Part shown: in pieces, positions 58,186-64,000 of the stretch
Position numbering within the stretch: position 1 is the stretch's first letter
How the letters are laid out: every line of letters begins with the position of its first letter
Virus record (IMG/VR): IMGVR_UViG_3300028653_000014
Location: 1 to 64,000 of that record
Reading direction: 5' to 3' (one strand)
From: a virus
DNA: 64,000 nt
Notes under the pieces: generated by a model
The model's input: the letters and a program-made list of their open reading frames with translations, nothing else
Databases searched by the model: none
Told to the model about the DNA's origin: nothing
Made by a program: the position numbers and the translations under genes

Positions 58186-60047
58186 CAGGCCACCGAGAAC
58201 GTGTCGAAGATCGTCTTGCCGATCCCCGAGGTGTCACCGGCAATCAGGCGTACCGTCACGATCCCAGCCTGGGTCGGGTCAATCGTGATCGACTGCTGCT
58301 CCCAGGCGTTACGGGCCAACGAGTCGAAACTGACCTGGACGTCTCCGACACCGACCTGGCCGCCCTTCACAATCTGAAGTTGCGGCAACGGGCCTGCATA
58401 GTTCGAGTCGAACTGGCAGTAGACACTGATCGTGAGAACGCCCGCGTCTACAGCAAGATCGAAATCCTGGAATCCGTCGCCGACCACGGAGATGGCGTTC
58501 GCGCCAGTGTGAACTGTCCCGGTTTCCTTGCCGAAGTTGTTGCCCGCCTGGAACGCGCCCGAGTCGATCCGGGTCGAGAGGGACGGGCGCGGCCCGGCTC
58601 GGCCGTCGAGCGGGGTCTGCGAGCCGTCCGCACCGAACACATAGGGAGCCAGTGGACCGCCCGCGATCGGCTCGCCGAACACCCGAGACTCCGCGCCCCA
58701 AACCCGCTCCTGCCCGAAGTAGAACAGGGGCGCCCATGACGCGTCCGCGAGGTTCTGAGAGTGAGGCCCGGCCGTCACGAGCGTGTTCGCTACCCGGTTC
58801 GTGTTCATGTTGTAGTCCTCAAGGATCTGCCCGGCAACGGCCGCCGTCAGGAAAGCCTGATTGCCGCCGTACGAGAAACAGTTCTTGACGAGACACGGGA
58901 CCGTCGTCGACGAGCCGGTGACGTTCAGGAGCGCCGGGCCGAGCACGGAGGCGTTGTAGATCCGGAGGCCGCCGCCCTTACCGGTGCCGGAGCCGCCCGA
59001 GATGACGGAGATGGCGACGGTGGGGCCGAGGAGGTGCGAGCAGTTCGTCATGGTGATGTTGAAGTCGTAGTCGGGACCGGCGCCGAGCGTCGCGGTGATC
59101 TGGATGTGCCCGCCAGCGGTCGCGGAGATGACGTCGACGCCGCCGCCGATGAAGAGGCACCGGTCGAAAAGCCAGTTCATGTTCGAGCCGTATGCGGCAC
59201 CGATAGAGAAGAACCGGCGGCCCGCCGACGACCCTTGCTGGAACGCGCAGTCGCGCCACGTCACGTTGACGCTACCGGCGGTGTTCGCGAGGATGTTGAC
59301 GTTCGACGAAGCCTCACCGCCGACGCAGTACAGGTTCGCGAACGAAAGGTTCGGTTTGCCGTTCAGGTCGATCAACTGGTTCAGAGACGGAGCGGTACGA
59401 TCACCGGCCGTGTAGGCAGTCCACTGCACCATCCCGACGTCGCCGGTCATGGCCCCCGTCACGTCGCCGAATATCTGCACCAGGCCGCCGACGGGCCGCC
59501 AGTTTGCCCCCATCGTCGACGAGAACCGGTACACCCCGGCGCCGACCCAGACGGTGTCCCCGGCCCCTACCGGGCTGTTGGTGTCGCCCGTGATCGCGCT
59601 GTCGGCCCATGCCGCCCGAGGGTCAGCCCAGGCGCCGCCGATAGCCCACGTCTGCCCGGACGCGGACAGAGTGCAGGCACGGTCGAGGATCACCGTCGTT
59701 CCGTTCGTGACGGACACGATCTGGTGGCGGCGAGCGGTGGCGCCTGTCGAGATGCAGATGCCGCGACCGACGTCGGCGGAGGTGAATGCGGCAGTCGCCG
59801 ACGTGAACGTCGTGGTGTTGTTCGCTACGCCGTCCGTGCCTGACCGCAACGCCGTCAGCGACTTGTCCGACCCGCCGTTGTTGTTCGATCCTCCCGCCCG
59901 GACGAACCAGTTGTCCCCGAGCGGCGTCGCGGCGCTGGTCTGCTGCGCCCGCGCCCCGGCCGCCGCACCGAGAACGTCGGTGGGGCGGAACGGGGTAGGC
60001 GGAAGGATGAACCCCGGTGCGAGCGCGGGCTGGTTCGGCCCCGGCAC
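58185..60047 (-). CDS. beta-helix spike/fibre protein with C-terminal carbohydrate-binding-like domain
   Basis: WFVRAGGSNNN, GAGDTVWVGAGVYR, N/C-ladder repeats, W....T..P...G.V.VRL. Confidence 0.65.
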   Translation of the reverse strand: MPGPNQPALAPGFILPPTPFRPTDVLGAAAGARAQQTSAATPLGDNWFVRAGGSNNNGGSDKSLTALRSGTDGVANNTTTFTSATAAFTSADVGRGICISTGATARRHQIVSVTNGTTVILDRACTLSASGQTWAIGGAWADPRAAWADSAITGDTNSPVGAGDTVWVGAGVYRFSSTMGANWRPVGGLVQIFGDVTGAMTGDVGMVQWTAYTAGDRTAPSLNQLIDLNGKPNLSFANLYCVGGEASSNVNILANTAGSVNVTWRDCAFQQGSSAGRRFFSIGAAYGSNMNWLFDRCLFIGGGVDVISATAGGHIQITATLGAGPDYDFNITMTNCSHLLGPTVAISVISGGSGTGKGGGLRIYNASVLGPALLNVTGSSTTVPCLVKNCFSYGGNQAFLTAAVAGQILEDYNMNTNRVANTLVTAGPHSQNLADASWAPLFYFGQERVWGAESRVFGEPIAGGPLAPYVFGADGSQTPLDGRAGPRPSLSTRIDSGAFQAGNNFGKETGTVHTGANAISVVGDGFQDFDLAVDAGVLTISVYCQFDSNYAGPLPQLQIVKGGQVGVGDVQVSFDSLARNAWEQQSITIDPTQAGIVTVRLIAGDTSGIGKTIFDTFSVA

Positions 60048-60056
60048 AGGGTCTCC

Positions 60057-60788
60057 TTAGTTGATCGAAGCGAGCGTTCGCAGGTGGTTCGTAAGCTGCG
60101 TCGTCGCCGTGCCGACGGAGAACTGCGCCGTTACCGACAGCGCCGAAGCAGCGACCGTTGAGAGCGACGAGACAACAGCCGGAACGTTCGCGCCTCCGGC
60201 GGTCATCGTGTAGATCGACTGCGGCGCAGAATCGGCCGCGACCGGCACGTCGTTCAGGAACACCTTGCCCATGCAGTACGCCGAACCTGCCGCGCCGATG
60301 GAGCGCCAGCACAACGTCGCCTGCAGCGAGCCGGTGTAGTTCGACCGAGCCGTCGCGGAGAGAGCGATGGCGGCGGTGGCGGCGAGCAGGGTCCCGGCGA
60401 CTCCACCCCAGCGGATACGGAACGTCAGGGTGCCCGGCGTGGTCACGACGTTCGACACATCGAACTCGCACTCGATCTTGAAGTACGCGCCCGAGTAGAT
60501 GTGCGGGTCGTTCGCGGCGAACGTGTAGTCCGGCGTGATGATCGCTTCGGCCGTCGAGTTCAGGATCTGCGTGCCGTCAGCGATGTCGGACGCGAGGATC
60601 TCGAAGAATCCCTGCTTCGTCGCGTTCGGGCCGGAACCACGCGGATGCGCTCGCGCCCGGTCGAGCTGCTCAAGCACCGATACGGGCAACCGCCCTTCCG
60701 CATAGGCGTCGTTCAAGTAGTCGCGGTAACGGTTGGCCTCGACCGGCTTGCCGGTACGAGGATCGAGGATAAGTCCGGGATTCATCAT
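60057..60788 (-). CDS. virion accessory protein
   Basis: Ala/Thr beta-rich, TPGTLTFRIRWGG; in the fibre module. Confidence 0.55.
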   Translation of the reverse strand: MMNPGLILDPRTGKPVEANRYRDYLNDAYAEGRLPVSVLEQLDRARAHPRGSGPNATKQGFFEILASDIADGTQILNSTAEAIITPDYTFAANDPHIYSGAYFKIECEFDVSNVVTTPGTLTFRIRWGGVAGTLLAATAAIALSATARSNYTGSLQATLCWRSIGAAGSAYCMGKVFLNDVPVAADSAPQSIYTMTAGGANVPAVVSSLSTVAASALSVTAQFSVGTATTQLTNHLRTLASIN

Positions 60789-61372
60789 GCCTCGCTGCTG
60801 GTCAGGCCGGAGGGCTGCACGACAGGCGTGTCGAGCGGGTTGATCGCCGTCGACGTGATCGACCCCCAGTAGATGATGTTCCCGGCACCGATGGTGACCG
60901 AGTCCAGGACGACATAGAACGTTGCCGTCTGGAGCGTCCCTGCATTCGTCGGGAACGTGATCGCGGTCGCGTTCGTGATCGCCGCCCCGGCCGTCGACGT
61001 CGGGAAGTTCGTCGTGTTCGCGGTGACCGTCACCCGTGTGTAGCCGGTGTACGACGCCTCACCCGAGGTCGCGCCCGTCGAGGCCGCCGTGATCGTCGAC
61101 GTCCAGAGCGCGTGGAAGCTCGAAGCGGGGAACGAAAACGCGGCGGCGTTCCAGTACGCGTTCAGCAGCTTGCTGGCGTAATACTGGGACTTGCCGGACG
61201 CCCAGACGACGAGGTCTTTCAGGCTGCGGCGGAAGCCCCGCGTGATGACGGCGCCGGGGCGCAGAGACGGCAGCCACGGCGTCTCGATGATCGCGCCGTC
61301 AGGGCAGAACGTCAGGTTGACGCGGTTGCCGCGCCGGTTGTGCCACTGGATCTGGTCGAGTGCGATCTCCAC
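60785..61372 (-). CDS. fibre cap/minor structural protein (gp80-like)
   Basis: S.Y...KLLN, ALWT, GE.SYTGY.RV.V, TNA.AITFP, N..Y.G. Confidence 0.65.
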   Translation of the reverse strand: MEIALDQIQWHNRRGNRVNLTFCPDGAIIETPWLPSLRPGAVITRGFRRSLKDLVVWASGKSQYYASKLLNAYWNAAAFSFPASSFHALWTSTITAASTGATSGEASYTGYTRVTVTANTTNFPTSTAGAAITNATAITFPTNAGTLQTATFYVVLDSVTIGAGNIIYWGSITSTAINPLDTPVVQPSGLTSSEA

Positions 61373-61374
61373 GT

Positions 61375-61782
61375 CTACTCACCCCTCCGCTTCTTCAGCA
61401 TTTCCTGGATCGCCTCGTACTCGTTCTGGTCAACCTGCAGACCCGGCTGCACGCCGTCCTCCAGCACGATGTTCGCGAAGCGGCGATGCTTCCGCTCATG
61501 CCACGACCGGGTGTCCGCGTCCGTGGCGAGCCGGTAGCGCGAGTTGCCCTCGTCGTCGTCTTCGAGAACGAGCCGTTGGTCGGGAACCTCATGCGGGTGG
61601 GCGACCACGGCGGCGAGTTCGGCCTCGGCCTCGGCAATCGCGTCCTTGTCGCCGTTCGCGGTCGCGAAGTCAAGCTGTGCCTGCGCGATAGCGGTACGCC
61701 GCGTCTTGTCGGCCTCGTCCGTCTTGACGGTGTAGTGCCAACCGTCCATGTAGACGATCGGGCCGAACTCAGTTTCAGTCAT
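61375..61782 (-). CDS. hypothetical protein
   Basis: Coupled ORF with AGGAGG SD. Confidence 0.6.
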   Translation of the reverse strand: MTETEFGPIVYMDGWHYTVKTDEADKTRRTAIAQAQLDFATANGDKDAIAEAEAELAAVVAHPHEVPDQRLVLEDDDEGNSRYRLATDADTRSWHERKHRRFANIVLEDGVQPGLQVDQNEYEAIQEMLKKRRGE

Positions 61783-63892
61783 CGATGTCCTCCTGGACGT
61801 AGACCTTCTCGCCCGTGACGGGGTCGAACTGGATTCGTACCTGCCGCGGCTTCACTTCCGCCGTGTGAGTGTGAACCTCAACCTGGGCGGGCGGCACGTT
61901 CACGACCGTCTCGGGGACGTTCACGACGACCGACGGTGCGGCCTGCTCCGGCACGGTGAAGTTCACGACCGGCGCCTCCGCGGCGGCGACATGCACGTCG
62001 ACCTGGGGGGCGGTCTGTTCCGGCACATGGACGGTGATCTGCGCGGGTTCCACCCGCACATTCTGCTCCGGCACGTTAACGGTGATCGGGGCGGCGGCCG
62101 TTTCGGGTCTGAGCGCGAACTGGCGGAGCGCCTCGATGGCAGCCGAGGCGAGGATGTCGCCCTGCGCGGAGCCGCGCTCCTGCACCGCCGACGCGACGAG
62201 CGCCATGACGCCCTGCGTGGTCGACAGGTGCGCGGCCTCCAACGTTGCGAGCGCCGCTCTGAGAGCGTCTGTGTCCATCGTTCCGGCGCCGACACCCGGT
62301 AGATCACCCAGCGAGGCGATGAGGCTCTCAGCGGACGGTACGGTCTCCTGGACGGGTTCTGGCGGCGTCAGGTCTTCCAGCACGATCGGCTCGGCCGCGA
62401 GCGCGAGCACCTCGGCGAACAGTTCGTCGGTCACGCCCGCGTTACCGGCGCGCTCGGTCACCCACTTGGCCGGGTTCTCCGGGTAAACGACCTGCGCGTC
62501 CCACCATCCGTCCGGGAGCGCCTCGGCCTCATGCTCGAAGTTGTCGACCCCGTCGATCGCGAGCATGTCGTCCTTGATCGGGTCAGGGTCGGTCCAGTCA
62601 CCGCAGACGTACAGCACCGTCTTCGTGTCTGGATTCCACGCCGTCTCGCCGTAGCCGCTGGCCTCATCCTGATGCTTCGCGGCGACCTTGGCGATCTGAA
62701 CGCCTACGTCCTGCGCAGCCGCGGCAGACATGGAGACGACCTGCTCGGGTAGCGCCGCTTCGCCTTCGGCCTTCCGCGCGTACAACTCCGCAAGCGTGCC
62801 GCCCGTCTCGACGGTCTCGCCAAGGAACGCGGACGCCTCGTCGGCGGAGAGCGGCCCAAACTCCAACTGTGACGCGCAGCGGCCCGGACGGCTGACCGCC
62901 GGGTGCAACGTCCCGAGTTCGTCGTTCGTCGTCACGAGCGCCAGCACCCGCAGCCCCTGACCGATCATCCCGTCGACGACGTTGAGCAGCCGCGACAGCC
63001 CCTGACCGTACGACTCCTTCGCGTTCGCCGCGAGCAGTTCCCCGGTGTCTTCCAGGATCAGCACCCGCCACTTGCCCTGCGGGTCGCCTTCGCTGTAGAC
63101 GTCACCGGTCGGCTCGTCGATCACGTCGTAACTGTCGGAGAGGAGCACACCGATCATGTAGGACGGGTCCTTGACGAAGAACGCGTCCGGGTCGGTGATG
63201 TAGTGGAACTCAGCCCACTTCGACCATTCCGACGCGAGCGCACGGAGCGCCCATGACTTGCCGGTTCCCGGTTCGCCCTGCCAGAGGATCAGTTGGCCGT
63301 CCCGCTTCGGCTCGTCCCACGACATCAGGTCGGCAAGTTCGGTGCGGACGGCGGCGGTGTAGTTGTGCTCGATGCCGTCCCACTGCGCCGACTCGATCTT
63401 CCGGAGGCGTGACTCGGGGCCGAACTTCCCGAGCGTCCAGAACGTGATCGGCACCTTCCCCTCCGTCGAGTTCAGGTAGGACGCCGGGAACTGCGCCCTG
63501 AACGCCCCGCACATCGCCGAGGCCGCCGCGCGGTCGTCTGACGCAACCTGGACGCGTAGCCACCCCCAGGAGAGCGACACGAGCGACAGCACGCCATCGG
63601 GGGAGCAGACGACGGCGCTCTCCCCGTCCCGGAACAACGTGCCTGGGATGTCTCCGAGACCGGCCGACTCGCACGGCCACCGGTCAGAGACGATCTCGTT
63701 GTGGTTCGCGGCAATCGCGAGGCTCAGGAATCTCCGCTCCGCGAGGCTGCCCTGCGTCAACTCGTAGTTCGAGACGACCTCCGGCTCGGCTGTCCCGGCG
63801 GCTAGAAGCGCCTCGTGGACGGCGCGGCGGCGTGCCCTCACGGACGGGTGACGAACGAGCGCCGGACGGCCGATGCTGACGGTGCTACCCAC
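61775..63892 (-). CDS. AAA ATPase (DUF5925-like) fused to an acidic domain and a V/P-rich tail
   Basis: GEPGTGKS, LILED, LSRLLNVVDG..GQG, TTN, HPAV.RPGRC; C-terminal VNVPEQ repeats. Confidence 0.8.
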   Translation of the reverse strand: MGSTVSIGRPALVRHPSVRARRRAVHEALLAAGTAEPEVVSNYELTQGSLAERRFLSLAIAANHNEIVSDRWPCESAGLGDIPGTLFRDGESAVVCSPDGVLSLVSLSWGWLRVQVASDDRAAASAMCGAFRAQFPASYLNSTEGKVPITFWTLGKFGPESRLRKIESAQWDGIEHNYTAAVRTELADLMSWDEPKRDGQLILWQGEPGTGKSWALRALASEWSKWAEFHYITDPDAFFVKDPSYMIGVLLSDSYDVIDEPTGDVYSEGDPQGKWRVLILEDTGELLAANAKESYGQGLSRLLNVVDGMIGQGLRVLALVTTNDELGTLHPAVSRPGRCASQLEFGPLSADEASAFLGETVETGGTLAELYARKAEGEAALPEQVVSMSAAAAQDVGVQIAKVAAKHQDEASGYGETAWNPDTKTVLYVCGDWTDPDPIKDDMLAIDGVDNFEHEAEALPDGWWDAQVVYPENPAKWVTERAGNAGVTDELFAEVLALAAEPIVLEDLTPPEPVQETVPSAESLIASLGDLPGVGAGTMDTDALRAALATLEAAHLSTTQGVMALVASAVQERGSAQGDILASAAIEALRQFALRPETAAAPITVNVPEQNVRVEPAQITVHVPEQTAPQVDVHVAAAEAPVVNFTVPEQAAPSVVVNVPETVVNVPPAQVEVHTHTAEVKPRQVRIQFDPVTGEKVYVQEDIDD

Positions 63893-63894
63893 CG

Positions 63895-64000
63895 TTAGAC
63901 CTGGCGGGCAAGCTCGGCGAACTCAGCATGAGCGGCCAACGCCTTGAACCGCTCCAACTCGACGGCCGACAGTTCCTCGTCGAACACCGGGATGCCTGCC
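63895..64000 (-). CDS. C-terminus of an upstream gene, possibly the capsid maturation protease
   Basis: AGIPVFDEELSAVELERFKALAAHAEFAELARQV*; identity guessed from position only. Confidence 0.3.
   Translation of the reverse strand, partial: AGIPVFDEELSAVELERFKALAAHAEFAELARQV

Larger units (their letters stand above)
1277..62445. repeat. dispersed 16-bp palindrome GTMACGCGCGCGTKAC, 16 copies
   Basis: Starts at 1277, 4460, 7653, 11723, 13668, 16853, 21658, 27590, 31469, 35720, 43228, 50491, 53304, 55936, 56609, 62430; each has 0-2 mismatches. Confidence 0.9.

Noticed and set aside
1277-62445. Palindrome as an integron attC site or parS (TAAC...GTTA arms with overlapping stop codons)
   Set aside because: Only 16 bp with no L boxes or long hairpin, and no integron integrase in the window; the sequence differs from the parS consensus TGTTTCACGTGAAACA
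1-64000. tRNA genes, integrase/att site, terminase and portal
   Set aside because: No cloverleaf or matching protein motifs seen by eye; these may lie outside the window, so lifestyle cannot be assigned

Overview
The window is a 64 kb stretch of a high-GC tailed dsDNA phage or prophage of siphovirus type, almost entirely on the minus strand. The host is probably an actinobacterium, inferred from the DnaB, Rpf, LmbU-like and DUF5925-like AAA proteins and from leaderless TANNNT promoters. From right to left it carries a fibre/glycosyltransferase module, an island of early-type genes (50.5-55.9 kb), the capsid, neck, tail tube, chaperone, tape measure and tail-tip genes, a lysis region (27-30.5 kb), a replication/recombination module (SSB, ERF, initiator, DnaB, G39P-like) and about 17 kb of small accessory genes. 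I saw no terminase, portal, integrase, tRNA or CRISPR array. The two strongest signals are not genes. (1) A 16-bp palindrome, consensus GTMACGCGCGCGTKAC, occurs 16 times, mostly on gene junctions, and brackets gene blocks. (2) Sharply bounded tracts of about 200 bp with an abrupt switch to A/T-ending codons lie in conserved genes directly next to free-standing HNH genes. Also notable are two inteins in unusual hosts (an HK97 gp10-like protein and a lytic transglycosylase), a bL12 N-terminal-domain-only protein, a release-factor-like domain inside an HNH protein, a Flp pilin, and a prohead-protease-like domain that looks catalytically dead. Several single-base frameshifts suggest assembly indels. 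All family assignments come from motif recognition by eye; no database search was run.
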